Source of the DNA: Octopus bimaculoides | Lineage: Eukaryota | Assembly (NCBI RefSeq): GCF_001194135.2 | Contig: NC_068981.1 | Span: 174,517,501-174,556,224, forward strand | Reading direction: 5' to 3' | DNA length: 38,724 bases | Part shown: positions 1 through 9,545 of the stretch, in pieces | Layout of the letters: each line of letters begins with the position of its first letter | Numbering within the stretch: the stretch's first letter is position 1 | Translations under genes and position numbers: made by a program | The notes under the pieces: model-generated | What the model saw: the letters and a program-made list of their open reading frames with translations, nothing else | The model's database searches: none | Told to the model about the DNA's origin: nothing

Positions 1-1
1 C

Positions 2-307
2 TATTAGAGGTGTGAGTGCCCGGCAGAACAGGAGTGGAGAGAGCGTGTCTCCCTGGAATATTCCTCTTCTAATGGGGATGGCTTTCGTTTTCACAAGTCC
101 CTCTTTTGTTTGGAGCTGTAGCACTGTCTGCCATTTGTTCATTGAGTGCTCTATGTATTTTATGATAATTGGTGCCACCTTGTTTATGGCTAGTGTTTCC
201 AGAATCCACGTGTGGGGAACACTGTCGAAAGCCTTTTGGTAGTCCACCCAGGCCATACTGAGGCCTTTCTTCTTTCTGCGGCTGTCTTCAGTTATGGCTT
301 TATTGAT
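2..307 (-). mobile_element. Non-LTR retrotransposon reverse transcriptase fragment, R4/Dong-like, 5'-truncated, runs off the window start
   Basis: Manual minus-strand translation gives 102 stop-free codons: INKAITEDSRRKKKGLSMAWVDYQKAFDSVPHTWILETL...IPIRRGIFQGDTLSPLLFCRALTPLI. It carries the RT motifs D-x-x-KAFDSV and GIFQGD-x-LSP. The WVDY-KAFDSVPH-W and RGIFQGD wording is typical of R4/Dong elements. Not in the ORF track. Confidence 0.9.
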
Positions 308-311
308 CGAT

Positions 312-341
312 TTATTATTATTATTATTATTATTATCATCA
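312..341. repeat. (TTA)n/(TCA)n microsatellite abutting the RT fragment
   Basis: About 8 TTA units directly visible. Confidence 0.9.
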
Positions 342-496
342 TATCAACTGTAGAACTTGGCTAATATTAATTTTATCCACCTGGCGGTGAAAATCAAAGT
401 AGATTCGGTTAGGGTTGAAGTCGTAAATAAACAAGTGGAAGGTAGTTTACATATCACTCGATTTACCAATCCACCGTCCTTACAAGTACTAACACT

Positions 497-720
497 ATCA
501 TCATCATCATCATCATCATCATCGTTTAACGTCCGCCTTCCATGCTAGCATGAGTTGGACGATTTGACAGAGGACTGGCGAACCAGATGGCTACACCAAG
601 CTCCAATCTGATTTACCAGAGTTTCTACAGCTGGATGCTCTTCCTAACACCAACCACTCCGAGAGTGTAGTGGGTGCTTTTACGTGCCACCGGCACGAAG
701 GCCAGTCAGGCGGTACTGAC
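497..720 (-). mobile_element. RTE-type 3' tail (SINE or LINE end) with (GAT)n tail
   Basis: The minus strand reads ...ggttggtgttaggaagagcatccagctgtagaaac...ggacgttaaacgatgatgatg, a recognisable RTE-related 3' end followed by a trinucleotide tail. Confidence 0.7.
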
Positions 721-913
721 TGCGTTTAGTAATATTGGTGGTTGCCAGTGAGTTCAAACAGAAGAAAAAGTGGTCTTAATAGCTTTGTTGTCATTTAACC
801 CCCAAACAATCTTGATAACGCAATGCCATACTAAAAGGTGTTGAAGCTATGATAAGACTTCCATTTTACAGAGAGGAACTCTAGAACTAATGTATTCTTT
901 CTTTATAAGACAA

Positions 914-1132
914 TTGTTGTTGTTGTTTAACCCTTGGTCAGCCCTGATCGATTAGACTTATCCTCAATAGCATTCCATTTCTGATCATACCATTTTTTAT
1001 TATACATAGACAATCTCCACCCACATTACCTAATTCTCCATTTCTAAAACATCGCAGAATGATTTGATGGAGATTTGACTGCTTTTCCTTGCAAGTCTAG
1101 CAACCATTTATAATCTCTCCCATTGGCTCGTT
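914..1132 (-). mobile_element. Old SINE-like interspersed repeat (family D, (CAA)n tail)
   Basis: The string gttgttgtttaacc..ggtcagccctgatcga..gatttgatggagatttgactgct recurs in degenerate form at 4548, 5148, 7690, 9030 and 22878. Confidence 0.6.
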
Positions 1133-1699
1133 TCAAACAGGAGAATACGTAAATGTATGTAGTAGAAAACCAACGACAGTTACTCCATCTCATTAGTTGA
1201 TACTTTCAGATTCTAGCTTCCTCTCCTCTCCCTTTCACTTCTACATATCTCCCTCTCCCCTTCCTCTCTCTCTTCCTCCTCCCTCTCTTTAATAACTTCT
1301 TACTTCTATTTTCACAGCATGTCTCCCCACTCAGCTGTTATATTTTCACATGTACTATTTCTCTCACCTCTTTCCACATCGTGAAAGTTAATATATAGTT
1401 TCTCATGTGACCACATAGCATAGACACATCTAGTGACAATTTCTTCACCAACGATATCCAGCTCTTCGTTTGATGTTCCAGGTGAAATTAAATAAAGGAC
1501 ATTATAAAACAGTTAACTCTTAACACTAAAACGCTTTTTCTCGTCTTTCTTTTTCTATTTTCTGTCTTTCATTCACGCATTCAGTATTTTTCCACCACTT
1601 TTTCTGTTCTCTTTCTCTCATTTCTCTATAATATACATTCGTACATGCATACGTACTACACACGCGCGCGCTATATCATGTGTAAGTATGTTTGTATGT

Positions 1700-1709
1700 A
1701 TGCAGTTAG

Positions 1710-1763
<54 letters not shown>

Positions 1764-1928
1764 GTAATTGTATAATTACTTATGCGCATACGTGTGTGTG
1801 TGTGTATACACACATTATATTGTATTGCGTATTCAATATATATATTATATATATAGGTATATATATATATGTGTGCATATATTTGTGTGTGTGTGCATAT
1901 ATACATAATTTCTATTGCGTATACAATA

Positions 1929-2002
<74 letters not shown>

Positions 2003-2230
2003 CATACGTATTTACACACATATATGTGTACACACAGGTACAGCCTCCACCACATATACATACACACATATTATCTATGTGTGTATACCTATGCGTATAT
2101 ACTTGTGTATGTGTGTGCCTGTGTGTAATATGCATAAACAGCGGATGCATTACTATATTTAATGGCTTTCGAGATTTAAAGAAACATCAAACACGCACAC
2201 ATACACGCACGCACACACGCACATGATGTA
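1700..2230. repeat. Compound (CA)n/(TA)n/(TG)n microsatellite tract
   Basis: Directly visible; explains the [12 protein letters not shown] ORFs. Confidence 0.95.
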
Positions 2231-2656
2231 TGCATGGAAAAGAAAAATATCTGTATAGACCTTCTTTTTAACGATTCCTGTCAGTGATGAATCCATTGAA
2301 CATCAAACGTAATTTTACTAGTAACTAGTTTGCAATTTAAATAACTAGGAACCAACGTAACGTCAAAGATTACCAGTTAGTCGAAGTTTTACTATAAACT
2401 CACTGCAGATCGAACACGAGTATATAATAGTAAATTCATATTGATCATATTTGAAACACACATCGTCTGTTATATTCAAATGTATATTTTAAGCTTTCCA
2501 ATGATATATATAAATTCAATTTTTTTTTGTAGTTTCGCAAATGGTCTCGGATCAAATCAATGACGACAATGGATATGCAGATGTTGCTCGCAGAATGTAG
2601 ATTCTATTGAACTATTTTTCGGGAGTGAAGTCGAATTTTATGTTAAAGAAAAGTGG

Positions 2657-2822
2657 GCGCAGGCAGGGTTGTGTGGTTAAGAAGCCTGTTTTGCCAGCTC
2701 GTGGTTACGGGTTCAGTTTCCTGATTGCGCGGCACCTTGGATAAAGGATCCTGCTATACCCTAGACTGACCGATACCTTCTGAATGGTCTTGATAGAGGG
2801 AAACTATGTGGGAGCCATCGTG
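2657..2822 (+). mobile_element. tRNA-derived CORE-like SINE, 5' half (family A), degenerate
   Basis: A-box-like tgtgtggttaag, B-box-like gggttcagtt, then ggcaccttgg. Homologous to 24734-24892. Confidence 0.75.
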
Positions 2823-2838
2823 TTTACATACATCCATA

Positions 2839-2939
2839 CCTACATACATGCCCTGAAGAAACTGCACTGGTTTTATTGTAGGGCTGAAATTGCAACGGTT
2901 ACTAATCGGTGCGATTGAAACGTGTTGGTCTATGTAAGG
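2839..2939 (+). ncRNA. Type I hammerhead ribozyme motif with extended stem II
   Basis: CTGAAGA 2853-2859; stem II 2860-2872 with 2904-2916 (12 of 13 pairs); GAAA 2917-2920; short stem III ACGTGT; NUH triplet GUU ending at 2926; stem I 2850-2852 with 2927-2929 and 2841-2846 with 2931-2936. Confidence 0.7.
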
Positions 2940-3049
2940 CGGTATATAAATTAAAGAATTAAAGGTAATGCTATGCAACTTCGCAGTAATCTTTACACAC
3001 ACACACACACAACCACGCCCCCCACACACAAACACGCCCCCCCCACACA

Positions 3050-3716
3050 TATAGGGGCCTTCCCAAATAGGGGTGTCCCCAAATAGGCCGTACTCAATCG
3101 CATATGTAGGACCGACTCCCTGAGTTTTCGCCAGGTCTCAGGAAGGCGACTATTTTGCATCTACCGCCAACGTGCATGTCTGGATTATGTGCTTCTAGTT
3201 TCACCAAAACCTGCTCCCACCATCCTTACCCCATCGTCATTNNNNNNNNNNNNNNNNNNNNNNNNNNNNNNNNNNNNNNNNNNNNNNNNNNNNNNNNNNN
3301 NNNNNNNNNNNNNNNNNNNNNNNNNNNNNNNNNNNNNNNNNNNNNNNNNNNNNNNNNNNNNNNNNNNNNNNNNNNNNNNNNNNNNNNNNNNNNNNNNNNN
3401 NNNNNNNNNNNNNNNNNNNNNNNNNNNNNNNNNNNNNNNNNNNNNNNNNNNNNNTCTTCTGCTTGGATCAATCGTTGAGTTTAGAGATTTAGTTTCCTCT
3501 GATTGATCTTCCGTTGAGGTCTTAGCTTGGTGTGGTGATTGGCAAGGACAGCGCTCCTGTGTCCTTGTTTGAACAGACATTGTTTTTAGTTCTAATAGGT
3601 GCCCTCACAGCCTCCTCCAAGGTCCAGCAAGCTGGTTTAGTCGCCGACGACCCGACCATGATTGAGAGGAGCGGGAATACATGGTTACCCGTTGTCGCCA
3701 AGAAGAAACCTCAGCA
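3050..3716 (-). mobile_element. Probable RTE-like LINE 5' region, decayed, interrupted by an assembly gap
   Basis: GC-rich island. The 5' end carries gtcgtcggcgactaaacc, similar to the RTE 5' motif at 26773. Protein similarity to an endonuclease N-terminus is weak and frame-broken. Confidence 0.35.
3242..3454. other. Assembly gap (N run)
   Basis: Run of n. Confidence 1.
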
Positions 3717-3751
3717 CCACACACAAACACGCGTGCGCGCACATATATTTT

Positions 3752-3972
3752 GTGTCTGTGTTTGTCATTCAACCAACACCACTTGGCAACCGGTGTTGGC
3801 TTGTTTATGGTCCTGTAACATAGCAGTTGGGTAAAAGAGACATAGAATAAGTACCAGTCGTAAAAGAAGAATAAACATAAATACGGAGGTCTATTTGTAA
3901 GACTAAAACCCTTCAAAGTGGTGTCCCAGTATGGCTGCCATCCAATGACTAAAGAAAGTAAGAGATAAAACA
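3752..3972 (+). mobile_element. Family A SINE 3' half, degenerate
   Basis: cacttggcaaccggtgttgg...gacatagaataagtacca...cagtatggctgcca...gtaaagag matches 9962-10159 and 24930-25138. Confidence 0.75.
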
Positions 3973-4383
3973 TAGAGAAAAGTTAAGTATTTGTAGCTTC
4001 TTGAAGACATTGCGTATTAACCTATTTGTAAATTGGTTGGTGATTTGAAACCGAAAAAGCTGTATTACGTTGTATCACTGGTAATAGCATATAACTCCCA
4101 TTGTGGGTATTAGTTGTCCGGACCTTGTTCGATATCTGCAGTGATCAAAAGTTATGTCAGATTGTTATTGCCACTTGTAAAATAGCAAGTGTTCTAGTGC
4201 CAAGTGAAAGTAGGGGTGTGGCCAAAGATAGCTTTTGTGTTTGCAACTTAATTAACAGGCTTCATATGCCAAGAGAGATTTTGCGCCCTTCTCGTCTCGT
4301 TTTGCAACGTCACTGTTTCTTATACATGGTGATCGATGTCTGTCAACTTAACGTGATAGCTCTGTAAGTAAAAAGAAAGTGGT

Positions 4384-4385
<2 letters not shown>

Positions 4386-4426
<41 letters not shown>
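4386..4426. repeat. (GATA)n microsatellite
   Basis: Directly visible. Confidence 0.95.
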
Positions 4427-4427
<1 letters not shown>

Positions 4428-4547
4428 GATTGGGTATGCGGGAGAGAAAGTGAGGGAGATAGAGAATGTGGAGAATGAGTTGTGGAAGAGCAAATGAAGA
4501 GTGTTCAAGGAATTATATGTAAAAACTATTGTTCGTATTTCTTTTGA

Positions 4548-4760
4548 GCTTTAGATTAACTCTGTCGAGCAGATTTATGGTTAAACGCGTCTAAAGCTCA
4601 CCATACTGTCTTTATTTCAGACGTAATAAATATAGCTCTGCATTATCTTATGCATCAAAGTACGATAATTTCTCAAGATGATAGTGTGTAAGACGAGAGA
4701 GATTTAACTGCTTTTTCTAGCAGGCCGAGTCACAATGTAGACATCTTGTTGGTTCGATCA
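4548..4760 (-). mobile_element. Family D repeat, degenerate
   Basis: gtcgagcagatttatggttaaa...ctctgcattatc...gatttaactgctttttctagcagg. Confidence 0.55.
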
Positions 4761-5147
4761 TATACTTTACTAAGGATAGAGGAATGAATAATTTCCAAGA
4801 CTCTTCATCAATTTTCAAGACAACTATCTATTTATCATTAACAGGCGATAAGCATGAAAATCTTGTTCAAATCAGGTTATTTCGACAATTCACCAACCGA
4901 CTAGAACTATTCCAAACCATTAACCTTCAAAACCTAATCTACCAGAACTATTTCAGGGGGACTGGAGGTGCTGTGCTTGAATTCAGTAATGACTGAGAAA
5001 TAGTTAACAAGGGAATTACCAATCTACTGATAAAAATTGATAGTTTCTGAATTGTCTTATGCATTAATCAGCGACACAAGAACAATCGGGGCAAGATATT
5101 CATGGGGATAGCAATAAGTGTAAATCACTGGACACCTAACGAGCATT

Positions 5148-5395
5148 ATGTTGTTGCTTGGAGTTTGGTCAGCTCTGATCGAGTACAAATATCATAAAGC
5201 TATTTCAACCATGATTACTGCATGCATTTATGGGTATAAGTAATCACTATCTTAGCCATTCCTTATCTGTTGTCTATTCACATATGGCCTGATAGGATAG
5301 ATCTATGGTTAAAGGCATTCACGGAATGAAAATCTGATATTTATAAATCAAAGACTACATTATTTCTTTGTGTCCTTTAACTTGAGATGGTAGCT
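5148..5395 (-). mobile_element. Family D repeat, two partial tail copies
   Basis: tgttgttgcttggagtttggtcagctctgatcgag and gatctatggttaaaggcattc...gactacattat. Confidence 0.5.
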
Positions 5396-5412
5396 AATAT
5401 TGATTTAAAATA

Positions 5413-5610
5413 TTGGCACCATGTCAAGTTCGGAGGAGTTGGGTATGTCGATTACATCGGCTCTCAGTACTCAACTGGTATTTATTTTATCGACCCCAAA
5501 GAGATGAAAGGTAAAGTCGACTTCGATGGAATTTGAACTCAGAACGTAAAGACGAACGAAATGCCGCTAATCATTTTGCCCGTCGTGGTAACATTTCTGT
5601 CAGCTCGCTG
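5413..5610 (-). mobile_element. tRNA-derived SINE family B (central domain resembling Meta/Sauria SINEs)
   Basis: The reverse complement has a gagttcaaattcc B box and gtcgactttacctttcatctctttggggtcgataaaataaatacca. Near-identical layout to 17214-17421. Confidence 0.85.
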
Positions 5611-5661
5611 TTTTTGATTATAGTGAATATTTGAGAGAGTTTGGCTACGATTTCTCTCCGA

Positions 5662-5920
5662 GGGTTCCATCCCACCACACCCCGATTTCCGGGCCAAAAA
5701 GAAAAAAATGGTTTTGTGGCATATTAGGAGGTCACCGTAATTCATTCAACGCAAAAAGAAAACAATTTCCAATGATTCCAGAATGGGGGGGGGGGTCCGG
5801 TTTCCCACCACCACTTATTTCCAGACAAAAATAAGGGGTTTGCGGCACATTAGGACGTCTGGGTACTTGATTCCACGCAAAAATCCGAGATTTTTTTCTT
5901 AGTGAAAATCGTGGTGGTGA
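5662..5920. repeat. Two diverged tandem units about 126 bp apart with an inverted terminal motif; possible MITE-like element
   Basis: 45-nt cores at 5713-5757 and 5839-5883 match at 36 of 45 positions. ccaccac...gatttcc at the start is mirrored by gaaaatcgtggtgg at 5905-5918. Confidence 0.5.
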
Positions 5921-6994
5921 AGTATGAAAATTTACCATATTCAGTAGGTAGGGACGTTTCGAGTTTTTGCATTGCTCCATTTGAATATCTATATTAACTC
6001 TCTTTGTGCATGTATGTATATATGTATGCATGTATGCATGTATGTATGTATGTATGTATGTATATACACACACATACATATAAACTCAAACATAAACGTA
6101 CAACCTCAAACGCATGTACAGTTCATGCATTAGGTATTTTTTAATACATACATAATGATATCATGAAGCTTAGTAAACGTTCTAGGACCTGAGATCGATA
6201 CATTGCGTCTCACCTAGAAGGCTACGTCTTTGCTATACAGATATAAATAAAAGAAAAAGAAAAAACGGAATTAGCTACTAGAAACTTGATCATTTCAATG
6301 AAAGGAAAGTATTCCACGCGACAATATAAAATGACGATTGTGCCATTTTATTTTTCAATATATCACCCATATCTTCAATAGCGGACCAATGATAAATGCA
6401 AGGTACTACTTTCCCATCAGACATGGCATTGTCACTAAAATCTTCTGTAATGCTATCGGTAAGAAGAATTATCCAGATGACCTTATCAAAGGCACATCAC
6501 AATCAGAGTAAAATATATCACACCTTTAAAATAGAGAGTATGGTTGAAGCATTCCAATAAAAACAGCAATCCGGTATATGCACAATAAACTAAATGTTGT
6601 TGTATGGGTCGGGAAGCAAAACTTAAGCATTCTTGCAGAACCCAGCAGATGAGAATATTCCATTAGAATTTGCATAAAAATGACAACATCAATGGATAAT
6701 CAATCAAAATTACCTGCAGCTCTTATACCCAAATTATAGATTTCCATTTGTACATGTTACCATAGATATATACGTAACAGAAGACCTGCATCAAAACCTA
6801 TAAATACCGGAGTTCTACAAAGGAACAGAGCAGATTGATTCACATTCTTCAAATGTAATCGATGAGAGGTAGCGGAAAATTTATAAAATATTCAAGGGAC
6901 TCTCCATTTGAATGTCCTGGGCTGAAAATATCTACCCAAATACACATATTTTGCAAAGGAAGGCAAATTAAATAAACCCCAGAGAAAACATGTA

Positions 6995-7031
<37 letters not shown>

Positions 7032-7483
7032 NNNNNNNNNNNNNNNNNNNNNNNNNNNNNNNNNNNNNNNNNNNNNNNNNNNNNNNNNNNNNNNNNNNNN
7101 NNNNNNNNNNNNNNNNNNNNNNNNNNNNNNNNNNNNNNNNNNNNNNNNNNNNNNNNNNNNNNNNNNNNNNNNNNNNNNNNNNNNNNNNNNNNNNNNNNNN
7201 NNNNNNNNNNNNNNNNNNNNNNNNNNNNNNNNNNNNNNNNNNNNNNNNNNNNNNNNNNNNNNNNNNNNNNNNNNNNNNNNNNNNNNNNNNNNNNNNNNNN
7301 NNNNNNNNNNNNNNNNNNNNNNNNNNNNNNNNNNNNNNNNNNNNNNNNNNNNNNNNNNNNNNNNNNNNNNNNNNNNNNNNNNNNNNNNNNNNNNNNNNNN
7401 NNNNNNNNNNNNNNNNNNNNNNNNNNNNNNNNNNNNNNNNNNNNNNNNNNNNNNNNNNNNNNNNNNNNNNNNNNNNNNNNNNN
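7032..7483. other. Assembly gap (N run)
   Basis: Run of n. Confidence 1.
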
Positions 7484-7689
7484 ACTATTCAATGGTTTTG
7501 TGGAAAAATAGACATCTGTATCAATCCTGAACGATATCATTATTAGCTTATAAATATAGAATCTGTTCCGTAAAGTTTTAGATATCAAATGGTTATTTTA
7601 GTTATTGTAACAGAAAGAAAAATTACTGCAGCAGAAGAATTAGCTGAAAATACATCAAAAGAAAAAGAATGACAACATTGATGTATCTG

Positions 7690-7850
7690 TTGTCACTCGG
7701 TGTGACAGAAATAGCTATCACATATCACTCTAACTACACCGTAATATCTTAAAGCAAAGCGGATAATGCAGCTCTGGATTTATATACCTTGTAAAAAAAA
7801 AGGGTTTGGTGGATCAGATGTTATTTGGGAAAAACAACGACAAACAGTAA
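7690..7850 (+). mobile_element. Family D repeat, degenerate, opposite orientation
   Basis: gaaatagctatcac...ggataatgcagctctgga...aaacaacgacaaac. Confidence 0.45.
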
Positions 7851-8717
7851 TGATAGAAGGACTACAAGTGTTTGGTAAAAAGCATTTGACGTAATAATTA
7901 TCAACACAGAAATCACTACGATTATAGCAACGCAAACTCAAGCATAGGCATTTTCATCCCCGATGTTATTATTATAATTATCATTCATCTTCGGAAACAC
8001 AAATAATTGTTTGTATTGAACGACTTACTTATGGTCAAAATGGGTAGAAAGGGCTAATATGAAAGTACTGATTCGTATAAAATAATAACGTGGTTGTCAA
8101 ACTTAATGAGCAGATGATAGAAATGCACACAGCGGTTCAAATCTTTTGTTATGAACGGGAATTCTTTATGTTATCCAAATAAGTGATTACCATGGTTTAC
8201 GAAATATCTGATGAAGACTCATTTGTACTGTCTTAGCTGTATTATACTTACTGTTGGTGGCTTTTTGTCTAAGAAATCCTTGTAAATCTTACAAATCTAA
8301 CAAAACAAAAAAAAAGATGAAGTCCTTTTGCAAATATAATCTGCATCTCTATATACGTATGGCATTAAAAGGAAGTACTATTATTCAATTATCGATCATA
8401 GTTCGAAAATTGCTGCACGATTTATAAGTTAGAATCTATTTAAAAATCTCATCATTATTCTTTATAACTTTTGCAGTTATTTAGCCCCTGGTGATTCTCG
8501 ATGAAAGAAATCTATCATTAAAGGTAATCCATTTAAGACCATGTCGTCTTTGAAGTAGTTGTATGCTGTCAACTTAATGTGACAGTCCCTTGAAGGGAAT
8601 AATACTACTGTTGGTTAGACCTAGGAAGCTGCACCGCTTGCTGTCGGCCTTGATGCATTTCCTGTGTCCTTATGCTTACAAGGGGGAGACAAGCACCTCC
8701 ACCCAGCTAAGCCCGCA

Positions 8718-8760
8718 TCCAGAGACACATTTCTGAGTCTTTGCTCGTCATCAGTCTGGA
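8718..8760 (-). ncRNA. Type I hammerhead ribozyme motif
   Basis: Minus strand: tccaga CTGATGA c-gag-caaaga-ctc-a GAAA tgt GTC^ tctgga. Perfect 6-bp stem I, intact core, GUC cleavage triplet, C-A mismatch at the base of stem II. Confidence 0.8.
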
Positions 8761-8886
8761 GTAGCATGGCGAAGTAGTTGTATGCTGTCAACTTAATGTG
8801 ACAATCCCTTGAAGGGCCCTGACACATTTCCTGTGTCCTTATGTTTAAAAGGGGGAGATAAGCACCTTCACCCAGCTAAGCCTGCA

Positions 8887-8908
8887 TCCAGAGACATGTT
8901 TCTGAGTC
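8887..8908 (-). ncRNA. Hammerhead 3' half (5'-truncated second copy)
   Basis: Minus strand: gactca GAAA cat GTC^ tctgga with palindromic ACATGT stem III. The CTGATGA half is absent. Confidence 0.65.
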
Positions 8909-9029
8909 ACTACTGCATAAATCTCTCTGAGAGAGTTAGAAATGTATTATTTCTAAACATGTTGTCTTTGTTTGCTATTCACGCTAATTATATTATATTC
9001 TTTTACTATTTATGGAATTTGAATGAATG

Positions 9030-9090
9030 TTTCTAGGAAATTTGGTCGTTGTTTCGAGTAGGTTGACCGACCACGTAGATGCCCTTTCAG
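9030..9090 (-). mobile_element. Family D repeat head fragment
   Basis: gaaatttggtcgttgtttcgagtaggttgaccgaccacgtaga resembles the gatttg(g/a)ctgct..tctagcagg part of other copies. Confidence 0.45.
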
Positions 9091-9545
9091 TGTCTCCGGA
9101 AGTTACCTGTTTATAAGAGTAGTACCGCAATAGCAACAAATATATCACATTTATTAAATTAAGACTTATTTTCGTGTTGGGTGTCCCTAGTAAGGTTTTC
9201 CCGAAAAGAAATATAATACTATGACATCCAAACGAAATAGACAACAGTAAGAATACATACATACATACATACATACATACACACATACATACATATATAT
9301 AGGTATAAGTTAGAGGTATTTAAAACCTCTAATGGATGGTTAAATACAAAGGCGCTCCTGGTGATTAGCTGCGTAGGTACAGTCCTTGGTAAAAGGTATA
9401 CGGTAGCATGTAATTCAGCGGGTAAACCGTAGTTTAAATTATATGCAAGAAGAAAATGGAGGAAAAATAACAGAAAGAAGTTTGTCGTTTGCACTAATAA
9501 GCTATTAATTTAAATTAATTTGATAAAGAAAAGTGGTAGTAATAG

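Larger units (their letters stand above)
8551..8908 (-). mobile_element. Tandem retrozyme-like or Penelope-type repeat, about 1.8 units (169-nt unit and a longer variant)
   Basis: Block A at 8551-8596 recurs at 8771-8816; block B at 8656-8739 recurs at 8825-8908, about 90% identical. One full hammerhead and one hammerhead 3' half. Confidence 0.7.

Noticed and set aside
1688-2226. ORFs rich in [12 protein letters not shown] and the many similar ORFs across the window
   Set aside because: Translations of microsatellites or N runs; open in several frames on both strands.
4259-4364. Plus-strand exon-like segment (acag|...|gtaagt)
   Set aside because: No recognisable product, and it overlaps the diverged relative of the 8.6 kb repeat.
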